DNA of 64,000 nucleotides, taken from Lytechinus pictus. Lineage: Eukaryota. A program made the translations under genes and the position numbers. Where the stretch lies: NCBI RefSeq assembly GCF_037042905.1, contig NC_087245.1, positions 33,172,001 to 33,236,000 on the forward strand, in the 5' to 3' direction. Below the pieces are notes generated by a model, which saw nothing but the letters and a program-made list of their open reading frames with translations, searched no databases and was not told the DNA's origin. Shown one piece after another: positions 1-13,200 of the stretch (position 1 is the stretch's first letter; every line of letters begins with the position of its first letter).

Positions 1-541
1 AGACAGAGAGACAGAGACAGGTGGATAATGGTCAGAGAGGGAAATAAAGCGACTAGGTGAGAGATAATAAATTAATCACACAAAATATGTTCTACTGATT
101 TTGATGAAAGACTGCCCTCTGTAGTATCCAGCAAGAAAGTTTTTTAAACATAAGAAGAGATTACTTTGTGGATATGGGTGCAAAACAGTCTCATCATTTG
201 GTTCTGTCATGTATGATGTCACATGGTCTTAATCAAACAGTCAATAATCGAAATAAAGAAATATAGAAAGATATTTAAAAAATCATTACAGAAATGAACA
301 AAAGAAAAATGAACTACCAAGCGATAAAGTTGAAAAATTAAAACTGTATTTTACAATGCAATTTGAGAAGAAATTTGAAACAATTCTTTGTACAGGATAA
401 TGTCATAAGTTGATATAATTCACTTTGAAAATAATAAAAGAAATCATATATCAAAAGCAACATGTTAATGTAATCCTTGATAAAAAAATTAGACGAGGCT
501 GAGTAAATTATGGAACGTTAGGAAATGAAACAATTACTTAC

Positions 542-1247
542 TTGCCAAGTGAAGACCTCTGTCTCCTGTTATCATAGATGGTCCTGTATCCTGCACCACC
601 ATTAGGAAGAGAGTCATCAACAGGCTCCTTAGCAGCCTTACGATGTCTATCGCTGAATGTCGGGTACTGCACCGGTGGTTTAGGCTGGTTGAGCAGGCGC
701 TCGTTTAGGGTTGCCGATGGCTGCTCTGGTGACACCGGTGCTTGCTCTGATGGTACGTCTTGTTGAACCTGCTGTTGGGTCTGCTGCAGGATTGGTGGTT
801 CTTGGTGCTGCTGAAATGGCTGCTGCTGCGGTTGCTGCTGCTGAAGGGTCTGTGATACAGGCACACTCTCTGTCTGGGTGATCTCCCGCACCTCCACCCT
901 CTGGTGCATAATGGAAGGTTCCTGACCGGGGCCAGTCATCACCCCCCTCTGTGGAGTGCTCTGGACCGTTCCATACGACATCGGGGGTGAGATCTGCTGA
1001 ACAGTGGAGTAAGAAGATGGTGCTGAGGCGGGCGGGGCGGTGACATAAGACACAGGTGATGATGGTGAGTTTTGGACAACACCGTGAGAGGCTTGAGGGG
1101 CAGAGGTTTTCACAATACCAAAGGTAGGTGATGGAGATCTGGCCTTGACTGAACCATATGTTGGAGGGGGTGCCACGGTCCCTTGGTGAGGCTGTGATGC
1201 TGGAGCCTGGTACTGTTGACTGGGAACCGGAGAATGAACAGGTGCAG
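542..1247 (-). CDS. TNS: tensin S/P/Q-rich linker exon, last exon in the window
   Basis: CAG/GTAAGT boundaries, 706 nt, phase 1 to 2. Confidence 0.85.
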
Positions 1248-4200
1248 CTGGTAGAGATGAAAAAATAAATCTCTATATTTATTCATATTCAAAATCATTG
1301 CTTCCCTAGCTGTAATGCTGCCCAAGGTGTGGCTAATGAACCTATATTGTATGTGCGCAGGACTGAATCTGATGACCGTGGTAAAGTCCATCTGTAATTA
1401 CTTTATGTAAATTCACAAAAATTAACATCTCTATTACTGATGGCACCTGACAAATCATTGATAAAAACATTTTCACAAAATCTTTCTAAGAATCTATTTG
1501 TTACATGAACTAAATTTAATGAAGCCAAGAAGAAGTACGGTAAGAGAAATAAATGGTTACTCATCTTACAGCAATATTTCCATATTCCCAATGCTATGTT
1601 ACCTTATTTAGTATATGTGACACACCAGTGTTTAAATCCCTGTACACTAAATACTTGAATCTTGTATTTGAAAGAGAACATCTTGATAGGACGCTGAGTT
1701 TCAACCAAATGTAATGAAAACTTCCTTAACAATTGCTATAAAGTCAGTGTCACACGATGATCCCAATATCAAAGTTAAGATTGAAATAAAAATAAACCTT
1801 AACTAAACCCTAAGCCAAGCTGAATTTCCATTGTAACCTGAAACAGACCCAACCAGTATAATGAGTAAGATTCACATCTTTTACATACCTTGCTGCCATG
1901 CATCTTGACCCGGGTATTGCTCCTTCCTATCTATGATGACCTGAGCCTCAACAGGAACCACCTGGATAGGTCCAAGCTCCACCGGATGGAGCCGCACCTC
2001 TGTGATAGGTGGCTCCATGGCCCTGGAGCGAGGTGGCTGCTCCTGGTACTGTACCACACTGGGTTGGGTTGGGGTGGTTGCCTGGGGGAGTGGCGCTGAT
2101 GGTGGGGGAGCAGCGTTGACTTCCCGTACATAGCGAGGTGTGAATCTGGCTTCAACAACCCTGTCAGATAATGCAGGAGGAAAGAAATTGAAAGAAATAT
2201 GAATGAAGAAATGAGGATACAAAAAATAAAAAGATTTGTTTGCCTTTATTCAGATTTTTGAAAATACATTGATCTTTTCTTGATTTCCTTAAAGAATGGA
2301 TACCGTCAGGAAACAAATGCGTATATCTTTGTCTTTTAAAGATGTAAAATAAGGTACAAAGCTAAAATGGTCAAGAAAATTCAATGATTTGACTTTTGAA
2401 TTACCATTCAAGGATAGGGTTTTATATTATATTCTTGAAAATTGATGAACATTCATTTAATTGTGGCAGCGGTGGGATCATTCCCCATGCCAATGGCAAA
2501 CTTATGTTATCGACGGCAAGTCCATGTTATCTTTTTATTTCTCCATTTACTGAATCAATATACTTTTAACGAGTATTGAGCTTAATATCACCAAATAGAT
2601 AAACCATGCTTCATACTTTAGATGACAATTTTCAAAATGAAGAAAAATTATTTCTAAGTAGCAACAGCTCATATAATGCAGATATGAACATTAGTAAATG
2701 ATTGAAATTCAATATGCATCTCAATGCTTTCAAATCTCCAAATAAAGATGTAACATTATTCCTCAGTTTAATCTTATCTCAAAAGAGAAGATAATATGAA
2801 GCAGATCATGCATATCAACTGTTGAAAATCACAAAAGAACATGAAAAACTCTGAGATTCAAATGACTATCGTAAGCGATGCAAGCAACTGCAGTTCCCAG
2901 AATAAAGCAAAGTAACTTTGCATTTCAAAAAATCCAAACAGTTATAGACATCTAGCATGAAAATTATTAGCTAAATATAGATCTGCATAATCTAACAAAT
3001 TTGGGTTATGATCATAGTAATTTATTTGAAATCTAGGGTGTTTTAATTTCATTGACATGTTATGTTTACTAAATAATCTCAGCATATTGGTTATCGAAAG
3101 AAATTAATAAAAATTACCAAAAAACAAACAAACAGAACAATGCTAACATGGCAAATTCTCGAGACAAGAAAAATATGTAAGATCACCGCAGAACAGCAAT
3201 TTAACATGTTAGTGTTGATTCTTCAACAAAATAAAACCGACCACTACATTTATATGATTGTGATTAATCCAAAGACAACAAATAAACTGGAAACCCATTC
3301 TTTAGTCAAACATCGATACAAACACTAATTGAAAGAGCACACAAATATGAGATAAACATGATTTATAGAGCAACGATTGATGTTTCCTTGAAAGAGGCAA
3401 ACATATCACATCTGAAGCCTTGATGTCCAAAAATCAACTACAAAGAATCCCAGACTCTTCTGGATAAATAAAAAAAAAATGTTCTCCTTGAAATAAATTA
3501 TTGCATGGTATTTTTATTCTTCCACTTTGTTTATCTGGAGGTAAGTTTGAGCATTTCAACATTATTTTCTACATTATGTATAATAAGCTAACTCGATTTG
3601 ATATGCTTTTCATTCAGTAGTTAGTCATAATGAAATCTGCCTCTGTAGATGAGCCATCATAGCAGAGCAATCAAGGTGGGTGGGGAGAGGTTAGATGAGG
3701 GCTGCAAGGGAATGGGGCAAGGTGGTTGAAGGAGAGAAAGGTAAAAATGTATTGGGGGCAAGAGAAGGGGACGACGGGAGCAAGGTGCAAGGCAAGGGGC
3801 AGGAGACGGGAAGGGGGGGGGGCATTTGTATCAAATGGATACAAAGAGGGGCAAATTTGCTTGAGACAGACAGCAAAAGATATACAGAACATCACAGTGT
3901 GACTTGCCCCTTCCCTCTAAAAAAAAAAAATGAAATGATAACTAAAGAATAGTTTTAGCAAGTTCCGAATAGCCACATTAAATTGATAGATTTGCGATTG
4001 GGTTGAATACAAAATAAAATTTCCATTTGACAGAAGAAAGGAAAATAACCAGTGTCCAGAATACATTTTTCTTTAGTCTTCATTGTATTGGAGAACTAAC
4101 AGGGAAGGCAGGAGAGGAAGGGAGAGAAGGTGATATGAAGGAGGAAGAATACAGGGAATAAATTAAAAATGGGTAAACTCAGCCAGGATGAAAAAGTAAA

Positions 4201-7200
4201 TTGCCACTTGGTCTACCACTGCTTTGTCTACTTTCCACTTGGTCCAAACCCACATGGTCTAATACTTGTTAGTGTACAACAAATTTGTCTATTAACCATT
4301 TGGTCTCATTTGCCATTTAGCCTAATTACTAATGTGTCCAACTCCCAACTAGGCTATACCCACTTTTATTCAAATCCACTTGGTCTATATGATTGAATAA
4401 AAATTTTCATTTAACAATTAAAATGCAAAATAAATACGCAAAGCGAAAGTCAGAGCGGCTTGGTATTATACTAAATGAGTTAGACCAAGTGGGTAGTAGA
4501 ACAAGCGGGCTTAGCCATGACAGTTTTTTATAATTTGAGAATTAGAGCATCTGCTTGTAGACCAAATGGGTGAATTACAAAGCAACAAACATAACAAGGA
4601 GTGGGTAAGGGTCAGCTAAGAAGGGGGAAGGGGGTCACGCTCAATATAATCTTGATAAGGTAACCTACGGAGAGACTGTTGGTGGTTCCACCACACCTTC
4701 AAGAAGACTTGGAGGAGGGTCGAGAATACTGAAGGCAGATTAACAAAATTATATCAAATAAACTTTTTCTTGGTAATGATATGTTATATTAAGTAGGGTA
4801 TCTAATTAAAAATGTGGTCTGTGCTGCATCTTCAGCAGGAAGCTTACTACGTGTCCTCAGAATGATTCAAAATTACTTTACAGCATCCCATTAAAAATCT
4901 TTACAAGGCAGCTAACAAAATTCTGTGGTCTGTGCTGCATCTTCAGCAGATATCTTACTATAATGTCCTTAGAATCTTTCATAATGGATTTTCAGCATAA
5001 TTTTAAATATCTATACAAGGCACCAAACAAAAAAGTCTGTGGTGCATCTTTTACAGCAGGTATCAATAATATAGCATTCCATTTTGTTTATGATGAAAAG
5101 TAATAATAATATGCAACATTTATCTAGTGCTGCAAATTTTTACCCCCAGCTTTGGCATGGCTACCCTGACAGGTTCTCAAGCATTCAAAGATTCCTTCCT
5201 ACTGGGAACCCATTTAATACAACTGGATGGAGAGTGGCAAATTTAGCCAGTGCTACAGTGGGAAATGTGAGGGTAAGTGAGAAAATGACACTTGTAGGAT
5301 TCCAGCAGGATAAACGCAGCTCTGACCTTGAGTGTGGTGCCTAAGTTCTTCATCTCTCAATGTACATTATATTTAAACCCATAATTTCTGAATGATATCA
5401 GTTTATAGAACAAAAGTATTCAAATGTTAACTTGCACTGGGTTTCAGTATCAACTAATTATTTTAACCTACAAACATCACTGCGATAATTTACTCTTTAC
5501 TTTGGCAAATACAAGATTAAAAGCATTATCAGTGCTCTATTCAGAACTCAAGCCCAACCCCCATCCCCAACATGAGCATGGGATTTTCTGTTTTATTGTC
5601 AACTATTAAGCCACAGGGATCATACTATTTAAAAGTGACAGCAAAAATGTGCAAAAAAAGCTCTTTTGTGAAATCATCAAAATCAATTACACAGTGGAAC
5701 AATGAATAACATGGGTGAGTAACACATAAATATAAACTTGAAACTTGTTTTCACAAGTATACATCAATCTAATTTTAAAGTGGTAGAAGCAAAAATATAA
5801 GCAATAAGAAATATAATAAAATGTTGCTTTCGCCAGAATACATGTACATTGGTGGATAAGAATTTGTGGTAAACATCGCAATGACACAAAAAGCAGTGAA
5901 AGTGGAAAAGCATGATAATGTTCAAATCCACACACTCCTGTTTTATACATAGAGAGCTGGATATTGCAGAATATTTCACACTGCACTGCACACCTATATT
6001 GCTATAGTTGTGAAATAATCTACGGTAAGTAGTTTGACAGATTTAAAAGATATGATTTATTAACTTGGCATCGAGTTCAAACAGTTAATTATTACCTCTC
6101 ATATATTGCTATTTTAAACTTAACATTGGTTTGCTTTTCTTATAATACATACCAATCATAAGTTATTGTGAAAAAAAAAAGTAAGATTTATTTTGAGTCT
6201 GTATTGTTTATTCAAAAGAAGAACAATTCTAACTTTAGATCCTGTTAAGTTGCAATCCTCTTTGAAAGTTGAGATCTATTCATAAAAAAATCTCTTCAAT
6301 TGGGCTGAAGATTTTTTCCAGCAAAATTTTTATCTTTTTAATTCTAAAGAATAGTGTGGTCCCTCAGTGACATACGGAGGATTCAAGACCAGTGTAAAAT
6401 GTATTGACAAATGCCCATCAAAGACAAATAAGAACTAATAAGTCTTTGTGGGTCTTTGTCATGATGGGTATTCAAGAATACATATATTCTGTTCTTGGCT
6501 CCTCTGTACATCGCTGAGAAAATACTCCCAAGATGACATAAATTGATAGAAGTTGATCACTCACTTTCTTGGTTTCCTAGCTTCCACATCTTCCGTGACA
6601 TCCTTAGTGATGGGCATAATCTCAATGGGTTGCTGTTGATGAGTGACCTCTCGTCTCCACTGGGTGGTGGTAACCGTCTGAGGAACACCATTGGTTACCG
6701 TCTGTGGTTAGAACAGAGATGTTCAATGTTTATTCTTGCTTACATGTATTACATGTTTGATCTGTACAATGACTGATCCAAGACGATAGAAAACATTTTG
6801 GTTTTTAAAATGATTATGAGCTTATGAGAATTTTTTTTTTCTAAATTCACAAAATTTCTATTTGCCTAATTTGCTTTCTCCTCTATGTAGAATATTTAAT
6901 ACTGCCATGCTGCAAAGATCTAGTGAGACTTGCTGCCTCCCAAGCAAAAACTTACCAAAACAGGTAAAAGTTTGTGATTGTGGAAAAATGGAATATAGGA
7001 ATAATGATTTCTGGTTTATAAAATGGTACTTTTAGCTAAGTTTGACCAGATTGTAGAATAAAAATCTGCAATTGTAGACCAATATTGAAAGTGAATTTTG
7101 GTTGACAAAGACAATTCCTCGAAAAGAATTTCTCTTTGTGATTTATCATAAAGCTTGAAAGAACACAGTGCCACACAGTGTTGTCAAGTGTGTTTACAGC

Positions 7201-10200
7201 GCTGTCAAAGTGCTTTCAGTGTGTTTACAGTGCTGTCAATGTTTTCACTGTGTGTTAACATATAAGACTATGTAAAGATGTAATTCATAATATTAAAATG
7301 CTCAAATTAAACAATATGAACATAATTCCACACTGTAGACACATCAACAGTGTGAGTGTTCACAGTGTGTTTGCATTGTGTTCTATATAAAAATGTGATT
7401 CACACTATTAAAATGCTCAAATTTAACTATGCAAAGATGTTTTTCACACTGTGTGTGTCCTACTATGATCACAATGTGAATACACTGTGGGTCATAATGA
7501 GAGGTACACTGTGCGACACACTGCAGGATACAATATGGGACATACTGTGAACTCAATGTGAACACACTGCAAACACATTTTGAACATACTAGGGAGCACA
7601 CTGTGAACACACTCTGGGGAACATTGTGGGACACACTGCAAACACACTGTGACTACAATGTAACACATGGTTGGGCAGTGTGGGACAGTGTTTCAGCGGG
7701 TAAGGTACCCTGGTCTCAAAAGCTGTAGGACATGAGAGATTATACCAAGAGCCAGGCAATTGATTAATATCGAATCTGTAAGATGTAGCAAGCAGGGGCC
7801 GCGGAAGCGGGGGGCTTCAGCCCCCCACATTTTTCCAAAACTGTGTACAAAAACGTAGAAATGACCATAGGATTGTGATTTTTTGCATGGTCAGCCCCCC
7901 CACTTTGAAAACCGTTCCGCGGCCCCTGGCAAGGAAGATAGTGCTTGGCAGTCTCACCTGTATAGGACCGGTAGTGGACATGGTGGTGACAACAGGTGGC
8001 ATCCAGGGCTGTACCTCAACCGGTGCATTGGGACGATGAGGAGAATGAACGATGGGTTTACGTCCAAGCCATGGCTCACTCTCCAGGTATTCCAGTTGCC
8101 TGAAAGACTCCTGACATAGCAACACAAACAGTTAAGGGTTAAAGTGTTAGGATAAGTAGGTCTACTGGCAGAGCCTTACAGTATATAAAGTGAAAAATCA
8201 GAGTTAAAAGAGGTCATAATTTGCTATTGACATAAATACCTTTTTTCTACATTAAAACAAATACATGTACTAACATGACTGTAATCATCACTGAGGATCA
8301 CTTTCATTTTTCAGTACGTGGAATATTTATTTACATCGAACAATTAATGATATCAATAATTTCCTTATGGTGTGTTATTACCCAAGGATCCTGATACAGA
8401 AAAGATACCTGAAAAACGTTGAATAGACAAACTGGCTGCAGTGGGTATGATTAGTCTGTTGGCACATACCTTAATTTGCACTTACATCAGAAATTGGGCC
8501 TTGAGGGAAGTCTAGCAAAAATTATAACTTGTTTTTTAAACATGCTACAGTACACAATCTCATTCAGCCAATGTAGTCTGAAAAGTTCAGAACACGTAAG
8601 CATGTTTTGACTAGTAGAATGCTTATGTTTGCAAGGTTTTCATTTCATTTTCATTTCACTTTCATTTATTTCATCTTCAACAAAATATAAACTAAGTAAC
8701 TTCTATCGAGTAAACAGATAAATATCATAAACAAAATGCCAAGGACATGGATATACAAAGGTCATGGATATAAATGCCCCAAAACTGGTAGACTCTGTTC
8801 AATCAAGGTGCTTTGAAGGTATGGATAAATATGATATGAGAAAAAAAGAATATTATTCATGAAAGCTTGAACAGATACTAGTAAATCCTTTACTTACGTC
8901 TCCTGCAGGAGTAGGTCTGGTTGGTGTGCGTGTGTAGTACCTCTGCTCTTGGCTAGGAGGAGCCGGTGGAGTAGGTGTCCATTCCATAGGCTGTCTGCTA
9001 GGCTCTGTCCTATTCTCCACGGTAATTACCCTCCTCTCCGAGAACATCGGCTGGGTGGGTTGGATCTCCCTGGCAGGCTCCGTCACAGGAATAGGTACTG
9101 GTTGACGGGGCGGGGCATGTACCTCAGCCATGGGTGCGGGGCGTGCCGTAGGTTCAGGCACAGGCGGGATTTCAAAGCTGTCTTGTCGCTGCATGGTCCG
9201 CTGCAGAGGGAGTGGCTGGTCTGGACCTGTAGGGTGGAGGTGAAGAAAGAATTTGATATGAAATCATGATAGTGACACAGATGAAGTCATGGTGTGCTAG
9301 AAACTAAAGCTCGGCCCCAAGAGGAGAATAAACAGAAGGAGGAGCAGTAGATGAAGAAGACAACCAACAAAACAAAAAAAGAGGAGATAACGAAGAAGAC
9401 AAAGAAGATGAAGAAGAAGAAAATGACAAAGACGACAAAGGAGAACAAGATGAAGAAGGAGAAGAAGGGGGAGGAAGTGATGAAGATGAAATAGAAAAAC
9501 AACAACTCACAAAAACAAGAACACACTCCCAAAAGGCAAAGATAACAAATGACACTATACATGCATATACATACAGAGAAAGAAACAGACCAGGAAAAAA
9601 AAAGAGAATAATAAAAGAAATAAAAGGGAAGAAAGTGAAGAGAAACTTACACACTTAGGGCAAATATCTTCCTTGTGATGTCATCCATGTAGTGTATCCA
9701 TATCAATTCTAATGTTTCCTCTTACAAGTTTTTTAATACTTTCCTTCCAAATATGTCCTTTACGACCAAACACAAAAGAGACTATACTGATATCACTCTA
9801 AATGGTTTCCTCACAAACAGATCCAACATCAAATTCAAGTAACAATTATCGGCATATTAATTACATGTTCCTTTAGATGAATTGATACTCCAAATTTGAA
9901 ACTATTCTGTGGAAAGTAATCTTTCACTGACAATCCATATTTTTCCTTCCTTTAGTTTTGATAAAACACCTATTTGGGGGAATGGTGTATTTCCCCTAAC
10001 CAACCGCTGTTCTCATTATCTTCAACAACTCCAGAAAGTATTGGCAATGATGATAATAATATAATGCACTGCGTGATCCCTTTCTTGTTTTGGCAACTTC
10101 AACGCAACGATTTCCTGGAAAATTGCCATTTGGATGAAAATATGGATTATAAGGACAGAGAACTAATCACGATCTATTGTCTTGTTTTTTGGCTATTTCA

Positions 10201-13200
10201 TAAAGATATATTGTAGCACAAGCTAAACATGATATATTCTAGCTTGTTAACAAGAATTGGAAAACTGAATGATCACTCAGAATTATAAAATCTTGATATG
10301 TTTTCTTTTCTATGACTTTCAATGAAAGTTGGCTTATCAATATTTGACCTTGATGTATAGAATCTATTTGACGTACATGTATGTATTCATACACAGAATT
10401 AATGTTGTTATGACCGTGATGATTTGGCAACATTACTTTCAGACCTTAAAGATACAATGAGTAACATGTCTGTTGTCATAAATTTGTCGAAAATGAGTCC
10501 AAATTTAGACTACATTTTAGGTACAGCGCCAAATAAATGAAACTATACCTTAATGAATCTATAGATATTTAAAAAGACCTTTGAAACATGTACGATTTGT
10601 TAGTTTGGACAGAATTTGGGTACTATGGTTGTACATTCTTTATGAAAACCTTGTCAAATTGTTTTTCAAAATACAATGACTCATGTGTAATGTGTATGTT
10701 CATCACATTGTTAAACATTTTTTTACACTTCAGTATAGAAGCCTTGACTGATCTTTTTCAATGACATTTAATCACGTCCAGCTCTAAGTTCTGATCAATC
10801 ATGAGCGATATTTTGAGGGCAGAAAGTCATAATCTTACTTCAACAGTGTTTTCCCTCTCTGTTGTAATCATTTGAATAAAAACACGAGAGCTTAGAGCGG
10901 TTTAGTCCAGAATAGTTCTGAATAACCTTCATAATTTATCACTGTGTTCAATGCAATTGGTTTCTGGAAAGGAAATGAGGAAGAAGAAACTACCCTGATA
11001 CAAAATACAATTAAATTTCCTCAGATTTTATTGAAAGTGAAAATCTATGAACCTATAAAAATACTGAAATTTTACAATGTTACTTGGCTATATATTGGAA
11101 AATGAAGAAGTTGATGTATATGTACTTGCTTATAAAATGTAATCTTATTGATGTTTATGTTATGTTTCCAAAATGAATGATGATACATGTGAATAATGAG
11201 TAGAATGATATGATGTAATGTAAAATTGAATTTCAATGTGATTTTCAAGTCCCATTAATGTGAACATTTTCATTATTACCATTGCTACACCCTATATGAT
11301 ATTTCAAAATTTGAAATATTTGTATGTAGAAACAGATTCATCCCAAGAGAATTCAAAACCACTTGCCAACATAAAGCAAAATATACCCAAGCATGCAATG
11401 AGATTGCAGGTATATGTACAACACAGGTCATTTAAGGCCATAGCTGTCACATCTTTCTGTGCAAGCCTTCCGTGTGACTTGCCAGTAACAATTTCTACTG
11501 CCCACAATTGACGGTGCCTAGCAAGTATCTCGCAAGAGGTTGCTTGCAGGATTAACTTGCAGCCAATTTGTTCCAGGTTAGTCACGGGTGATTGCAGGCA
11601 CGGGTACCTGTATATCACCCATTATCGTTTCGCCGATCAGTTTCCAAGCTCTCATCTGGCAGAACCTAAGCCAGCAGGTAGGATGCAGGTAAAACTTTCC
11701 AAAATCCTTGTCTGCCTGCATTAATCTTGTTGCATGCTGAAAAACTCTGCAGGCAACAAGCCAAGTAGCTTGCATTGAAAGATGTGACAGTACCCTTACT
11801 ACTCTTTAAGAAATGTTGTACATGACTTTAAATCACAATACATTTCTCTGTTGTACATGACTTTAAATCATAATACATTTCTCTGTTGTACATGACTTTA
11901 ATATCATAATACATTTCTCTGTTGTATATGACTTTAAATCATAATACATTTATCCCTGCATTCCTCATGCGGATATTAGTGTTTCATCATTTCAGAAAGG
12001 TACATTTCAAGAAAAATGGGTAGTCCCCTTGACTGTTGTTCAATTTCACTGCATGATCTGATTATATATTAGTTAATGAATGATCTGTACTAATGATTTA
12101 GTATTGTAGTTATTAGTATTTCAACATTTCACATTTATATTTAGTATTCTAACAACCAATCATGTACCAATAAAATCCATTCTCTATCAAGCTTTGAACT
12201 ACTACATTTGGTCCCTCGCAACGTTTGAATTCAGTAATAATACCAAGATGCACCCGGCTCTGCATGCTCAAAGATGTAGAAATTAAGTAAACATGCATTT
12301 CCTTTTTCCAATGGAGGCTATCCCTTAAAACAGCAAAATTCAGAACAAACTCAAAATAAATAAGCATGAAAATATAGATATATGACTGGTCCTTAGAATT
12401 TCTTTCTCTACATCTCTAGATGGAATGAGTATGATTTTACCAAGGTGATAGTCAGCATGCAGTACAGGCGGCAAGACTTTCCCTTTCTCACCATGGGGTG
12501 GCGCTCCAGTCTTTACGATGAAGGTCTTGGTCATGTTGGCATAGGCCCGGGGCCCAACAGGGAACTTGGGCGTCTTGGAACCAGAGATGCTCTCGGTAGA
12601 CGAGCTCAGGTCGTACTCCTTGGGAGGTTCCTGAGACTTGAGTCCATCTTTCCGGTTCCAAAATTCACTCTCCTGGGAGATAATAAAAGAGTGATGCATA
12701 CATGGATACAAATAGTTTTTAGGTGCTTCAGAAACTGTCTCTTTCAAAAAGTTTGTATTTCAGTATTTATAATGAAGAATGTATTCTATCTTTGCTATAA
12801 TCTGTTCATATATGTATAGTCATTAAATTATTGTAACATATTATTCAGAAAGTTGATTTCTGAATACATTGTAATTTGTTTAAGAGATGTTGAATAAATG
12901 AATTTCAATTTGAATCAATGGCATTATACAAACATATCATATGTAATTAAACTAAATCAAATATCAAATATTTGTAACAAAGACTAAAGAGTAAGAGAGA
13001 GATGAGGGGGGTACAATAGCAGAAAACCGAAAAGCAAAAACAAATAGCAAAGAGAGTGTGAGGGGGAGACAAGTTGAGAGACAAAGTGAGTAAAGTGAGA
13101 GAAAGGTTGAAGAGAGAGAAAGGGGGGGGGGGGGGGGTTAAACAGATCAAATACATTTAGGCCAATGGGAAAAGTAAGGGTTATAAAATGCAAAAAAAAA

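Noticed and set aside
9287..9654. Hydrophobic Phe-rich ORFs resembling membrane proteins
   Set aside because: Reverse complement of a GAA-rich low-complexity tract
11815..11951. 35-bp repeats as a possible CRISPR array
   Set aside because: Head-to-tail units with no unique spacers, in a eukaryotic intron
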